Shown: piece by piece, positions 1 through 13,839 of the stretch
Position numbering within the stretch: the stretch's first letter is position 1
How the letters are laid out: every line of letters starts with the position of its first letter
Assembly (NCBI RefSeq): GCF_001194135.2
Contig: NC_068989.1
Location: 34,177,837-34,241,836 of the forward strand
Direction of reading: 5' to 3'
Source: Octopus bimaculoides
Lineage: Eukaryota
Length of the DNA stretch: 64,000 bases
The notes under the pieces: model-generated
Told to the model about the DNA's origin: nothing
The model's input: only the letters and a program-made list of their open reading frames with translations
The model's database searches: none
Program-made: the position numbers and the translations under genes

Positions 1-591
1 AAATGCTCACATTGTTTCATAATGATGCATTAAAGACCTGAATTTTGTTGCTGGTGGATGAGGTATTTACATTAGCATCATGCATATTAATCAATGTCAA
101 CTAAGTACAGTAAAATTTTGCTAATATATTGCTGTTTGCAACTAACCAGAAAAGAAAATTGACTTTTTTCTTTTATCCTCACAGAGACAGGTACTATGTA
201 CAATATCAACATAATTTATGTTCCAGGAAATTTCAAACACTGGATCGAGTATGTAATTGAGGATAGCCTTTCAAACTTGATATTGGCAAGGCAAGAAACT
301 ACAAACACCAATGTAGCAAAGTACAGAAAGTCAACACTTATTTGTACTAAATGTTGTAAAATTCAGGATTGAATGTCATGGTGAAGAAAGTCAAGCTCCA
401 AGAAAATTCAGAAAGTATAATTCAATTTTTCATACAAAAATAATTTATTATTTTACAATTTTTTAAAAGAACGCTGAACCAAATGTGTACAAAGGAACAT
501 GTTGCTGTTGTGAATATTAATTTACGTTAATTAATTTAAAACATTTGCTGAGGGATATATGTAGTAAGACAAAAATTAATATAACATCATT

Positions 592-1567
592 TACTGCTGA
601 GGACATGCGTAAGCTCACAAGGAATGAAGCCAGTATGCTCCGATGGATGAGTAATGTCAGTGTTCATACCCGACAGAGTGTAAGTATCTTGAGAGAAAAG
701 TTGAACCTAAAAAGCATCAGTTGTGGTGTGCAAGAGAGACGATTGTACTGGTATGGACATGTGGCGAGAATGGATGAGGATAGCCGTGTGAAAAAGTGCC
801 ACGCCCTAGCGGTTGAGGGAACCCGTGGAAGACCTGGGATGAGGTGGTGAAGCACGACCTCCGAACATTAGGCGTCACTGAGGCAATGACTTCTAACCGA
901 GATCTTTGGAAATATGCTGTGCGTGAGAAGACCCGGCAAGCCAAGTGAGACCAAAATCCAAGGCCTCTTCCTGGGATGTAGCCAGCCCACTTACACGTAA
1001 CATTCCTTCATTGGACACTAAACTCCGCTTGCGAAGACCTGTTGAGGCATGTGAAATTGAAATCAAACTAAATTTGTAGACTGGTACCCATGCCAACGTC
1101 TCTTCATTGAACACTAAACTCGGCTTGCGAAGACCTGTTGGGGCAAGCGAAAGCAAAATCGTGATGGCATCTGTACCAGTAGATCACTAAGAGCACCGTC
1201 CGAGCATGATCGTTGCCAGAGCACCAGCTGTCTGGCTTCTGTGCCGGTGGCACATAAATAGCACGTGAAAAGACATTCAAGCGAGTTCGTTGCCAGTACC
1301 GCTGGACTGGCTCCTGTGCAGGTGGCACATAAAATACACCATTTCGAGCATGGCCGTTGCCAGTACCTCCTGACTGGCCTTCGTGCCGGTGGCATGTAAA
1401 AGTACCCACTACACTCTCAGAGTGGTTGGCGTTAGGAAGGGCATCCAGCTGTAGAAACTCTGCCAAATCAGATTGGAGCCTGGTGTAGCCATCTGGTTCA
1501 CCAGTCCTCAGTCAAATCGTCCAACCCATGTTAGCATGGAAAGCGGACGTTAAACAATGATGATGAT
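592..1567 (+). mobile_element. 5'-truncated RTE-clade LINE: ORF C-terminus, 3' UTR and (GAT)n tail
   Basis: ORF 545..850 (TAEDMRKLTRNEASMLRWM...WYGHVARMDED) matches copies at 17.9 and 27.5 kb; ends AAAGCGGACGTTAAACAATGATGATGAT. Confidence 0.9.
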
Positions 1568-1799
1568 TTGCTATATATTTTAACTGTGTAAGGTTATTGG
1601 CTGTAGAATGAATACTGGCTAAAGCAGTAAAAAGGTTGTGTGGCATGGAAGCTGCATAGTAGAAATACAATAAGGTTGCTAGGACTGTTAAAGAAGCATT
1701 ATCTTCAAACTGGTTATAAGGAGTGGAATAACATTTCTGTAATTATACTGAGAGAGTCGCTAAGACTTTCTACTTCGCCAAAATTCCGAATTTGTTATA

Positions 1800-2760
1800 A
1801 TGATCAGAATAACATTTTCTTCAGATATATTTGCGAGTGATGTCAAATCAGCCAAATCTTCATGTTGGTTATAAAAACCAGAATAATGTTTCAACACATA
1901 AGTAGTGATAATAATTAATGCTGTTTAAACCACAACTCTTCATGATGAAAAGGAAAATCCAAACAGTGGTACTTCAAAGTAAATGCTATTGTTCATTTAA
2001 CATCCAGGCTGCAATGAACTAAGCGCATTTCACAGTTGGGCAGAAGTTGTTACTTGAATTCATACATCGCCAACCCTACCTGGCTGGTGTCTACTCAAGT
2101 GCAACTAGATTACGCTACTGTGATAAAATAGTTCTCTCATATCTTACTACATTGCCCCTCTGCAGACTGAAAGTCATTGCAAAATAAAACATTTAAAAAC
2201 AACATTCAGAATTGTAGAAATTATTGGAGTTGCTGAATGTGTAATATGAGCTAGCAGTGGCTATGGAAAGAAATTGAAGCAAGATGTTCCTGGCACTATT
2301 TTTGTGCTCATTTGCTAAGATTAGCAAGGACAACAGTATTGCATGCTGGCATGTTGCAAAAGACAGACAACTTTTTCTATTAATTACATAACCAACCATG
2401 GGTCCAATAGAGGCAAGCTGTGTCTGACAAGAGTGCAGGGAGCATGAGATAATGTACAAGGTGTCAGGCAAAAGAGCTGAACAGGCACAGATATTGTGAA
2501 AACAATTCAATAAAATATTCCAACGTTGGGTCACTAATGTAGTTAATTGAGGCTAGCTGTCGAACTATTTCATCACTTCCACCCAGAGTAACAACGTCTG
2601 CTTTTTAAGAGCATTTATTCAGTTGCTGTCTAATTGTTAGAATGTTAACACCTAGTTCCTTTTGTTGCTGCTTTGTTTTATCCTGTTCAGATATAAACAC
2701 TAAACTATTGACGAGGTTGTGGCTCGTCTAGCTCGACATGCTATGGATCCTTAAGAGTTG
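1800..2760 (+). mobile_element. possible hAT transposase relic
   Basis: frameshifted GYGKKLKQDVPGTIF-CAHLLRLA near 2260-2330 resembles the hAT HCxAHxLxL motif; heavily decayed. Confidence 0.35.
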
Positions 2761-3640
2761 CTGCTTCGAATCTAACATGTTAACACACTCTTATTTAGCT
2801 GTCCAGTGGATATCAGTCACATGTAACAACATGCTAAGATATATACACACACATCAGATTTTCTATTGCAAATAATTTTTTTTCTCTCATTATTCTACAT
2901 CCTTGAATTACACATCAACGCTAATCTTTCAGCGACCAAAATTTTTTTACTACCACATGTGTGATTTACCATCAAGGAATAAATTGTTATGTTTATTAAT
3001 GAAAGAATATTGCCTTCTGATAATTTTTACATCCATGTAAAGGACATACATTTGAAATCTTCTTACATGCACATTATAAAATATACTTTTTAAAGTGGTA
3101 ATTCTAACTTATAATATCCATCTTGTTACAAGTAGTTTAAAATATTTTTCTCATCTTCTGAAAATTTAAAATGCTGTTTCAATTTATTAAGATTCTCTTT
3201 AAAAAAAGAATATTCTGTTGGGGTTGAAACATAATCTAAGCACCATTTAAAAAAAAGAGGATTCTTAATAAAAATGTTTGACGGGATTTAGAAAATTCAT
3301 GCTTAAATGCTAAATATGAAAAATAATGTACACTACTGTACAAATTGAATAGTAAGACTAAATATAAACTTATTTGACTTCATCAACATTAAAAAAATCA
3401 AATTGATTTCATTTTTAGAAAAAAATGTGCGATTTCCACAATGTCGACTTCACAGCAGAAAAGCAACATATTTAATACTGGAGATATCATTCCCCATAAT
3501 TAGAGGTACATATTGTACATGAGTGTGTATTAAGACATGAATAGAATAAATGTGGTGTATAGTTTATCAGCATAGAAATATAGTAAAATTTTCATTGTTG
3601 CATCTCTACATTTTAAGTATCTATATGTTATACTGTTTCT

Positions 3641-3650
3641 TTTATTTCAG
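3641..3650 (+). promoter_or_regulatory. putative splice acceptor of the ZNF coding exon (TTTATTTCAG)
   Basis: polypyrimidine tract plus AG; flank homologous to the acceptor at 53523 upstream of the third ZNF. Confidence 0.6.
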
Positions 3651-4010
3651 AATATCAGATGACATTGGGATGAGAGAATTTTTTACTCAGATAAGCCATC
3701 AATATTTATCATCTTTTGAAGACAAAAGGAAGATGCTTTAGAGAACAGATATTACTTTGTTTATATAAATCTATTGTGGAATTACTGTAGAATGTTTGTT
3801 GTGTGTGAGATTATTGACAAAATTTCTCTATTTCACTAGCTAGAATGCATACAAGATGAAACTTGGATTACAAATGAGCTTGCAACATCTTCATAACAAT
3901 AACAGGTGTTCGAACTAGAGGAGAAATATTTGACAGGAAAAGACTACAGAAACAAGAAAAATTCTGCCAAAATGAACAACTTTAATGATTGATATTTTTT
4001 ACCTGAAGAG

Positions 4011-4874
4011 ATGCCGAAAGAGATTAAAAAATCATCATACCACTGTGATGTATGTCACAAATCATTCTCTCAGAGAGGTAATCTCACTACTCACAAACGC
4101 ATTCATACAGGAGAGAAACCATATCACTGTGATATCTGTGGTAAATCATTCTCTGGAAGTGGTGATTTAACTTCTCACCAACGTACTCATACTGGAGAGA
4201 AACCATTTAGCTGTGATATCTGTGGTAAATCATTTTCTCGAAATGATGAGCTAACTGTACACAAACGGATTCATACAGGAGAGAAGCCATATCACTGTGA
4301 CATCTGTGGTAAATCATTCTCTGAAGGAAGTAACTTAACTAAACACAAACGTATTCATACTGGTGAGAAACCATATCAGTGCGATATCTGTGGTAAATCA
4401 TTCACTGGAAGTAGTAACTTAACTACTCATCTACGTATTCATAGTGGAGAAAAACCACATCACTGTGATATCTGTGGTAAGTCATTCTCTCAAACAAGTG
4501 AATTAACTAAACACATACGTATTCATACAGGAGAGAAGCCATATCGCTGTGATATCTGTGGTAAGTCATTCTCACAAGGAGGTACCTTAATTGCTCATAA
4601 ACGGATTCACACAGGAGAGAAACCATATCAGTGTGATATTTGTGGTAAATCATTATCTCAGAGTGGTGAATTAACTATACACAAGCGCATTCATACAAGA
4701 GAGGAACCCTATTGTTGTGATATCTGTGGTAAATCATTCTCTCATACAGGTAGCTTAACTAAGCACAAGTATATTCATACAGGAGAGAAACCATTTAACT
4801 GTGATATTTGTGGTAAATCATTCACTCAAAAAAGTCACTTAACTATGCATTTATGTGTTCATACAGAGAAGTAA
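4011..4874 (+). CDS. tandem C2H2 zinc-finger protein, 287 aa, 10 fingers
   Basis: 10 CxxC-x12-HxxxH units at 28-aa period with TGEKPY-type linkers; open frame; no effector domain visible. Confidence 0.92.
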   Translation: MPKEIKKSSYHCDVCHKSFSQRGNLTTHKRIHTGEKPYHCDICGKSFSGSGDLTSHQRTHTGEKPFSCDICGKSFSRNDELTVHKRIHTGEKPYHCDICGKSFSEGSNLTKHKRIHTGEKPYQCDICGKSFTGSSNLTTHLRIHSGEKPHHCDICGKSFSQTSELTKHIRIHTGEKPYRCDICGKSFSQGGTLIAHKRIHTGEKPYQCDICGKSLSQSGELTIHKRIHTREEPYCCDICGKSFSHTGSLTKHKYIHTGEKPFNCDICGKSFTQKSHLTMHLCVHTEK

Positions 4875-6224
4875 TCACATATATGTCAAAAGTAATTTTA
4901 TGAAAGTTATATACGACCATAAATATATTGAAACTAGAAATAAGATATAACAGTGTCATAACAGCCTCTTAACACTATATTTTTATATAGCCACAGCTAT
5001 ACATTTTTAAGATGATTTACAAATGTGATATTTTTAATACTTAACACATTTTCTGTTACAAAGAAACTATTTGATAATTTGACATTGAGAATAAATAATT
5101 GAGAAATGTATTATCATAAATCAGAGATAACATCACTGTACAGTTATTAAGTTAAAAATAACTATATAAATCATAAAATGAAATATTTTATTATACCATG
5201 ATAAGATATACATATGTATGTTATATATATTCTTTTATGTATCTTATAAATATTCTGGTTTAAATTTTATTGTGTATGTAGATAAATTTTAACTGCTTAG
5301 CTTGAGAATTAAAACTATAACTTAGATTTCACTCCAATATTTTTTCCTTTCTCTAACATATAGCACATCAGGAGGTCAGCTGTCATATTTTATCACATTT
5401 CCTTAAATTAAGTAGTTTTCATAGGTCACTGAGAATTGAAACATAGATAAGGGATAACATCCCCTTTGTTCTGGTGCTGACATTAAGTTTCCTCTGAAAA
5501 TATAAATAGAATCTCCCTCAAAGCACCAGGGACAGTAGTTTTCAATTGCTCCAACACAATGGTCAGTTCTTTTTCTGTTTTGCTTTCTAGCAGACAGCTT
5601 GACCTGTTAGACATACTGCTTCCACCACTTCTCATAGCACACAAACAAGAATATTCGCATTAGCCTGCTGCTACTTAGAATAATATTTTCATTGCCTGCT
5701 GCTGCTAACCTGAGACGTGTCAAATAAAGATTTGTTGATGACATTCCACCATTTGGTTTTCTTCTTTTTGAAACTTGGTTTCTTCTGCTCAATCTACTGT
5801 TACATGTATGCATCCCATCAAGAGAATGATGGAATACATTCTTTTGATGGTTTAGATTTATATAATTTTATCAATTCTTTTATTTATAGTATAATCCCTC
5901 AATGACTTGATGGTTAATTTGCAAGAACTCTTCAACTTAATATAAATGCAAAATGAATGACATAATTTGTGCTTCATCCTCATCAATGTTTTCAACTACC
6001 TTTTGTATGCAGGTAGGGAATGGACACATGTCTGTCATACAAGATATTCCCATATTTCATTTTTTCATCTTAACTGTAAGTTTCACCACTCTTCGTGAAT
6101 ATTCTTCATAACTCAAAGTTAAAATAAAGTTGGTTGAAGAATATTAGAATATTTGCTAAAACACAAGGTTTTAGCAACATTTGAAGTGGAGATGGATTTT
6201 TTTCCCTTTATAATTAAAAATATC

Positions 6225-8262
6225 TGGTGTGGGTTATGGTCTAGTCACCTGTATTGCAAATCAGATGGTTCATGAAGGAGTCATACCCAAAGTAGCAGCA
6301 CCATAGTCAGCTGCTACAAAGGTAAAGGTGATCCCTTAGATAGATATAATTACAGAGGTATTAAATTGTTGGATCAGGTGATGAAAGTTACGCAGAGAGT
6401 CATAGCCCAACTAATTAGGGAGAGAGTTAGTCGAGATGAGATGCAGTTTGGTTTTGTGCTAGGTACAAGCGCCACTGATGTTATATTTCTGGTAAGGCAA
6501 CTGCAGGAGAAATGTCTAGCCAAAGATAAACCACAGTACTTGACTTTTGTTGACTTGGAGAAAGCTTTTGACAGGGTTTCCTGATCCCTTATCTGGTGGT
6601 CAGTGCAGAAACTAGAGATAGATGAGTGGTTGGTGAGAGTCGTACAAGCCTTGTACAGGGACGCTACCAGTAAGGTGAGTGTGGGCAACACGTACAGTGA
6701 AGAATTCAGGGTACAAGTAGGAGTTCACCAAGGATTGGTGTTCAGTCCACTCTTATTCATCATAGTCCTCCAGGCAACAACAACAAGAATTCAAGACTGG
6801 TTGTTCCTGTATGCTGATGACCTTGCTCTTATAGCTGAATCACTTCCTGAACTAGAGAAGTTCCAAGTTTGGAAGCAAGGCCTAGAATCAAAAGACCTTA
6901 GAGTTAACCTAGCAAAAACCAAAGTCATAGTAAGTAGGAAGGCCGACAAATCTCAAATCCCTTCAGGTAGATGGCTCTGCTTAATCTGTGGAAAAGGTAT
7001 AGTTAGAACTCCATAAGATGCACCCAGTGGAAGTTTTGGACACATAAAAGGTGCAGCAACATCAGAGGAAGGTTAACAGAGAAACTAACTTTTGTATGTG
7101 GAAGGTGCACTGGTACAATAAACGCTGAAAATGTACAGAAAATAGACTCCATCAACTGCCAGTGGGGCAAGCTTGAGGCAGTAGATAGCTTCTGTTATCT
7201 AGGTGACCATGTTGGTAGTGGACATGGATGTTCCGAGAGCGTGGCTGTGAGAATGAGAATTGGCTGGGCAAAGTTCAGAGAGCTCATACCTCTGCTAGCA
7301 AAAAAGGGCCTCTCACTCAGAGTAAAAGGCAGATTGTTTGATGCCTGTGTGTGAACAGCTCTGTTGCATGGCAGTGATACATGGGCTATAACAGCTGAGG
7401 ACATGCATAGGCTTGAAAGAAATGAAATCATTTCGCTAGATGTGCAAGGGAGATGACTGCGCTGGTATGGTCATGTGGTGCATATGGATGAGGACAGCTG
7501 TGTAAAGAAGTGGCGGTCTCTAACTGTGGAGGGAACCTGTGGTAGAGGTAGACGCAGGAAGACTGGGACAAGGTGGTAAAGCATGATCTTTGAACTTTGG
7601 GCCTCACAAAGGCAATGATTGGTGACTGAGACCTTTGGCAATGTGCTGTGCTTGAGAGGACCTGTCAAGCCAAGTGCACCTGTGCTGGTAGTATATAAAG
7701 AACATCTTTTGAACATTGGGCTTCACAGAGGCAAAGTGGCAGAGTTCCTCTTGAGTGTTGGGCCTCATGGAGACAAAGTAGCCAAGTTCCTTTTGAGCAT
7801 TGGTCCATGTGGAAGTAAAGTGACTCAGTTCCTTTCGAGTGTTGCGCCTCATGGAGACAAGGTGACCGAGTTCCTTTCAGGCATTGGGCCTCACAGAAGC
7901 AAAGTGGCTGAGTTCCTTTCAAGTGTTGGGCCTCATGGAGGCAATGACCAAGACCTTTGGCATTATGTTGTGCTTGAAAAGAAAACCCATCAAGCCAAGC
8001 ATAATCACAGTTGTGGCAGATACCAGTGTGAAGCAAATTAACACCCGTGCCGGTGGCAAGTTAACGCACCCCAGTGTCATGCAAATGGCATGTAAAAGCA
8101 CCCATTACATTCTCAGAGTGGTTAGCATTAGGAAGGGCATCCAGCTGCAGAAAGCCATACCAAATCAGACTGGTGTCTGGTGCAGCCTTCCAGCATGCCA
8201 GCCCAATCAAACCGTCTAACCCATGCCAGTATGGACAATGGATGTTAAATGATGATGATGAA
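6225..8262 (+). mobile_element. decayed RTE LINE: RT domain to 3' tail
   Basis: QFGF, FVDLEKAFDRV, GVHQG, LYADDL across broken frames; ends in the shared tail plus GATGATGAT. Confidence 0.9.
7716..7947 (+). repeat. 42-bp minisatellite, about 5.5 units, in the RTE 3' region
   Basis: units start at 7716, 7758, 7800, 7842, 7884, 7926; consensus close to TTGGGCCTCATGGAGGCAAAGTGGCTGAGTTCCTTTCRAGTG. Confidence 0.9.
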
Positions 8263-8555
8263 TTACCAACATGACTTCAGTATTCAGTGATTCTAACTTT
8301 GAAGGAATTACACCCAAAGATTTACAAAAAGTAGAAGAGAAAAAAACAAACAAAAAAACAGTTGTGTCTGAATCATTGTTGAATGATTTTAGTAACAAAG
8401 CAAACAGGTAAGACAGGTGAAGATTCATTACTAGTGTTTATCCATAAAGTCATTGCTTTTATACCTGTTAATTTTACCTGTCAATAGAAGTCAAATTTGA
8501 TTTTTTTTTTTATATCAGATAAAAATAAAACTGTACATCATTGTAAATCATTAGC

Positions 8556-8945
8556 ATCATCATCATCATCGTTTAACGTCTGCTTTCCATGCTAGCATGC
8601 GTTGGATGATTTGACTGAGGACTAGCAAACCAGATGGCTGCACCAGGCTCCAATCTGATCTGGGAGAGTTTCTACAGCTAGATGCCCTTCCTAACGCCAA
8701 CCACTCCGAGAGTGTAGTGGGTGCTTTTACATGCCACCGGCACGAGGGTCAGTCCTGCGGTACTGGCAACGGCCACGCTCAAATGATGTTTTTTACATGT
8801 CACCTGCACTGGCAACAACCTCGCTCAAATGTTTTTTCACGTGCCACCGGCACAAGTGCCAGCAAGGTGACACCGGTAACAAACACGCTCAAATGGTGCT
8901 ATTTACGTGCCACCAGCACGGAAGCCAGACAGCTGCTCTGGCAAT
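8556..8945 (-). mobile_element. RTE 3' UTR and tail fragment
   Basis: reverse complement of about 1200-1567; begins (CAT)n CGTTTAACGTC. Confidence 0.85.
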
Positions 8946-9485
8946 TACCTGCTAACAAAATTTTAAATCTGCACATAAACTGAAGTTACAAACAACTGTT
9001 ATTGATACCCTTCTTGGGCCTGCTGAATTCAAAACATTACATTTAACAAAGTAATCTAAATGTTAAAGGGTTTAAAACAAAATCCAACTCATACCAATAT
9101 AAGAACCTGTATGTAGTCAATCTATCTGCTAGAACTAGCAATCAAATCTCTATCCAGTCACATGCTTCTGTCTTAAAAGAAAAAGTACTTACTGCATAAT
9201 ATAGGTCAACATACATTGTTTCAAAAAATTCCAAAATGATGTTGGATTTTGCTTTTAGTCAAGATTACTTTTGTTAATATAAGCAATGTGTCTTCTGTTA
9301 TAAAGTATATGTAATCAAGCAGTGATCTAACATTTTCATATTAAAGAACTAAAACATTTGATGCAGAAAATGTTTACTCACAGCTATAATTGTGAATTAG
9401 ATTCAGTCTCAGCAGTAAGTTGTTTGTTTAGCATTGGCTGGTGAGTATTTTAATTTGTTTTCAGTAAAAAAAAAATTGATATTCA

Positions 9486-9625
9486 GTGCCTGTGACATGT
9501 AAAAGACACCCAGTACACTCTGTGGAGTGGTTAACATTAGGAAGGACATCCAGCCATAGAAACCTAGCCAAAATGGACAGGAGCCTGGCGCAACTCTCCA
9601 GTCAAACTAACCCATGCCAGCATGG
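9486..9625 (+). mobile_element. short RTE/SINE tail fragment
   Basis: TAAAAGACACCCAGTACACTCTGTGGAGTGG...AACCCATGCCAGCATGGAAAA. Confidence 0.7.
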
Positions 9626-10784
9626 AAAACACATTACAAAAAAAGTTCTATTATTTATCAACCATAATCAGATAGAATAATTTTTTGTATTAAGATAGGT
9701 TTCATGATATCTCTTCATCTCATAAGGTTAGATAACTTTTTTTCTCATAACTGCAGAGTAAAGAACCAAAGTAAAAATACGAATGACAAATTAATTCTTT
9801 TCAAGGGTCATAGATTAGATAAAAGGAAAGAAAGTTACAGTTAAAACTCAAGAAATTAGACAATGTCTCAAGACTGAGATTACTGAGAGACTAGACATCA
9901 GAGAAACCATTCTCAGTCAATCTCTACCAGTATTCTGTAAGATGGTTCTCAAGAAAATGCTCTTTTGGCCTCTTCATGGTCCAAAAGAGCCTCGTCCTCA
10001 TTGTGTTCCTGTGAAAAGGATCAAGAAAATGCAGTATTTGAGAGTATAATGCAGAAGTTCAACACCTAATATTGCCATATGTTGTTCACTGATCTGACCA
10101 AGACAGATTATCGATAGCAATTTTCTGTTGATTTATTATTTCACAGACAAACCCAAAAGTGAAACTCTACAGTTTTGTAGCAACTATTTTCTTAGAATCT
10201 TTGATATTACAATACTAAATGTAAATGAACCCATAACTCACTGACCATAATTACTATACTTAGTAATACTAAATATCTGTCCCAACTTATTAGTGGTTGA
10301 TACTGGCATCAAACTCTCATTCAATATGGCTGATCTGCTGTTGGTCTTTTTCTGTAAGTCTTTAGTCTCCAAAAACCACCATTCCTCAATTGTATTTCCT
10401 CTTTCTCCACAGAACGACTTCATTAATCTGAAATACAAAACAAAGCACCTCAAGACATTGACTCATGGATTCATTGGTTCAAACATACCAAATTTTTTTC
10501 TCACAGTATTCCCTGATAATGTTGAGCCAGTCTTTAATATACGTTCTTTGAGTATACCAAGGCTGACACAACACTTTTGTTAAAACCCTTATCTAACCAT
10601 GTCCAGTGTCAGGGAGAGAATGTATAACTTTAGCTCGTTTTCTCTGCACTCTTAATTGCATTTTCAGTTATTCAATTTCTGCTTCTGGATCCAGTTTTGA
10701 CAAGGTTTTAAGAGAGCAATAAGAGTTACAGTACCAGACACCAACAATATTGATTTTATCTGAAGATATCACAATGTCAGTCTA

Positions 10785-11642
10785 CAGGCTGGGTGGAAAG
10801 TAACTAGGCATTAGAAATTGCTTATAGAAGTTTTAGTATCACTGAAGCCATCACAAAATTATTTTTTAATCAGACAACACTAATGGGGATTTCTTATTGT
10901 CTTATTTCTTATTTTGCAGATGGCCAGTTGCTTGACTGTTCAGGAGTGAGCTAAGATAGCAGCACACTATGAAGTGTGGAATTTCGTTGGTTTGGTTCAG
11001 AGATGGTCTTATGCATGGAAAGGTAAGCATGCACCACTACATCCAGAGACAATAAAAGGTTGTCATGCAAAGCTGATAACCAAAGGCTCTGTGAACAATA
11101 CAAGATGTAGCGCACAACCACATCCCAATCAAAGGAGAATGTGGCAACAATGCAGGAAATATTTAATCCCAGCTCACAAAAATCAACACGTCAGGCAGCT
11201 TGTGAAAGTGGACTAACAAGGCACACAATACGTATGGTGTTGCATAAAGAATAGGATTTTTGTCCACAGAAACCCCATTACATGCAGAAGCTAAAACCTG
11301 AGGACTAACTGCAGAAGTCCAGATCTCACTCTGTGTGATTTTTACCTGTGGGGTTACACAAAAGAGGTGTACAAGACAAAACCTTGCACACTGGAGGACT
11401 TGGAGACACTGATCCAGGAGGTTCTCAATATCCCAAACAATGTCCTTCAGAAAGTTGTTCATTCCATCCCTGGCTGTTTGTGGAAACTGGTTGATGTCAC
11501 TGGTGCTTTTGTTGAAATAGGAAGATTTACTTTCATTTTCCCATGTAATAAAGAACATGTATCATTTGTTTCAATAAATTTGTAAAAGGATTATGAATTT
11601 TATAACCAATTTTTAAAGCCTACTTACTTTTCACCCACCCTG
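10785..11642 (+). mobile_element. internally deleted Tc1/mariner-superfamily element (CAGGGTG-type TIR, maT/rosa-like)
   Basis: TA flanks at 10783-84 and 11643-44; imperfect TIRs of about 35 bp (CAGGCTGGGTGGAAAGTAACTAGGC / GCCTACTTACTTTTCACCCACCCTG); VYKTKPCTLEDLETLI transposase C-terminus. Confidence 0.8.
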
Positions 11643-12289
11643 TATACAAGAATATATTTCAGTTACTGTGGTTAAAAGTTATATAATAAAACTATAGTTT
11701 AGCCATTTTGGTTAAGAGTTTCAAATATTATGTTACATACATATATATATGTATAAGCTTCTTTCCAGTTACTTCTACCCATCCTTATATAATGCAGGGT
11801 AACGATGTATCTCCTCCAAAGTAAGGAGCCCATTTCACTATCATATTTTAGCCTCTCAACACCTGACCTAAAGCCATCTTCCCGTCTCCTTAATTGAGGA
11901 GTTCTTTTCTTTGTCTAGCAAGTTACTTGTACTGATGTCATGAAAAAAAATACATCCATATTTTCCCTGATGGTCATTTTATAAAAGCTATACAATACAA
12001 CTAGCATTATAAATAGTGTGACCTCTGTTATTTAAATTCATACAGTTTGTTGCTATGAAACAAAGCAAGAACAATAACTTATAGAAAATATAACAGATAC
12101 ATAGACAAATGTAATTAGACTTGGCTGATAGTAAGTTTGTATTACAAAGGCAAGTCAAAAACTTTGCAATGTACAAGTTTGTGGCATGTATATTATGAGA
12201 CCAAAGCAGTTCAAGCTGTGGAAGATACCCACTGAGGATGTATATTGCTTTGCTCAGTATGTGATTTAAAAGCTACACAGATGAATGTA

Positions 12290-12650
12290 CAAATTAAGTC
12301 TAATTCAGGAACTTATACTTTATGTGCTCGAATTGGCCCATAAAGCTGCAGAAGCAACCAAAAACATTTGTTGTGTGAAGGCACAGTTAAAATTACAGAA
12401 GAGTAACCAGATGGTTCAAGAAATTTCTCTCAGATTGCAAGAACCTTGACAATCAAGCAAGGTCAGGTAGGCCTAAAACTATGAATTCTGAGGTACTCGA
12501 AGCCATAGAGGTAAATCTGGTGAGTAGCACAGAGTATCAGGTGAGCTCAGCATCTTACACTCCAGTGTGGGTTGTAACCTTCACACTTCAGCAAAAACAT
12601 CCGGCACTGCCAAATTGTGCCTCATGAATTGACCCCAGCTTAAGCATGGA
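12290..12650 (+). mobile_element. mariner transposase N-terminal HTH relic
   Basis: LELAHKAAEATKNI...RWFKKF...NLDNQARSGRPK in broken frames. Confidence 0.7.
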
Positions 12651-12739
12651 GGCAAGTTGATATTTGCAAGCAACTTCTGAAAACCCCACATGATCTGCAT
12701 TTCCTCCAGAGGATAATAACACCTATTTTTTCCTATTCT

Positions 12740-13400
12740 AATTGCATTGGAAAACTGGCTGATTCCAAACTACATTTGGTGATATTATTGAGGGTTGTAT
12801 GCCAAGGGAATGGTCAGCACTGAAGCAGCATAGCAACAGATATAGACTGAAAAAGCCTGAGTTGAGACCAATTTGGAAACTATTGTTATCCAGCTGGATA
12901 CCAGTCAACATCAGAGGTATAGTATTCAACTAAGTGTACAGTAGAGATGGGAGGTAGAGCTGAAGAATGCCTGCTGGTGCTGGTCAAGTAAATATGCAAA
13001 GCTGAAATATGACACTGGATGATGTTTTATTAAAGCCATGTTGTGTCTAGGTCACACACACATTTTCTGTACCTAGATTGTGATATGTTTTGTGGTGTTA
13101 TAGAGAAACTCATTGATGAAAGCATGACAAGAGGCCAACAACAGTAGATAATATTGACAGAACTAATTTATTAGGAGTGAATCCCAAGGCCAGTTGGTAG
13201 CATTAAATCAGATATTGCAAATGTCCTTTGCACAATACCAAATATAATTTTGGGGATTAGTGAGATAAGGTTTCTAGTTTTAAGTAGGGTGCTGTGAAAA
13301 ATATATGACAATCTTGGGACAGCAAAGCAGTTCTTCAGATGGAAGAGGACCAGTTTGGACATCAATAGGATGCTGTCTTATAAAGATTTCAAGATGGTAG
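12740..13400 (-). mobile_element. possible CRE-clade non-LTR retrotransposon fragment (post-RT region)
   Basis: LFHLKNCFAVPRLSYIF resembles the CRE-type LLRxCxxxPKLxYLLR segment. Confidence 0.4.
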
Positions 13401-13839
13401 AGCTTGAATTCAACAGTTGATTAGATAGCAAGCATAAAGATTGTTAAACCAGGGATGAAGATGTCTTCTAGTGGAAAAAGTAAAGTCATTTGATATCAAA
13501 TGCCAGATATTAACCAGTTATAACCAGATGAATATACATATTCTGTGTTTAAAACAAACAAACTGCATGACTTTCTGATAACTTAAGTTCAAGCTATATA
13601 TCTTCCCAGACTTACTACCTACAAACAACTAACTACACAGTCTTCTGTAGATCTTACAAATCCAACCATAATTAATACTGGTTAAAGAATAATCAGAAGC
13701 TATTCTTTATTGTATTAATAAATTTATTTGTTAAAGAGCTGCAGTAAATGTTCCAAACCTAGAAGAATGGTATACAGTTGAAAGACATGAATGTCAACTT
13801 AGATGTCTAACATTACTGGGATGACATCAGGCAGATTGA

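Noticed and set aside
9958-9991. 10-bp hairpin GCTCTTTTGG / CCAAAAGAGC
   Set aside because: Isolated short stem with no supporting context
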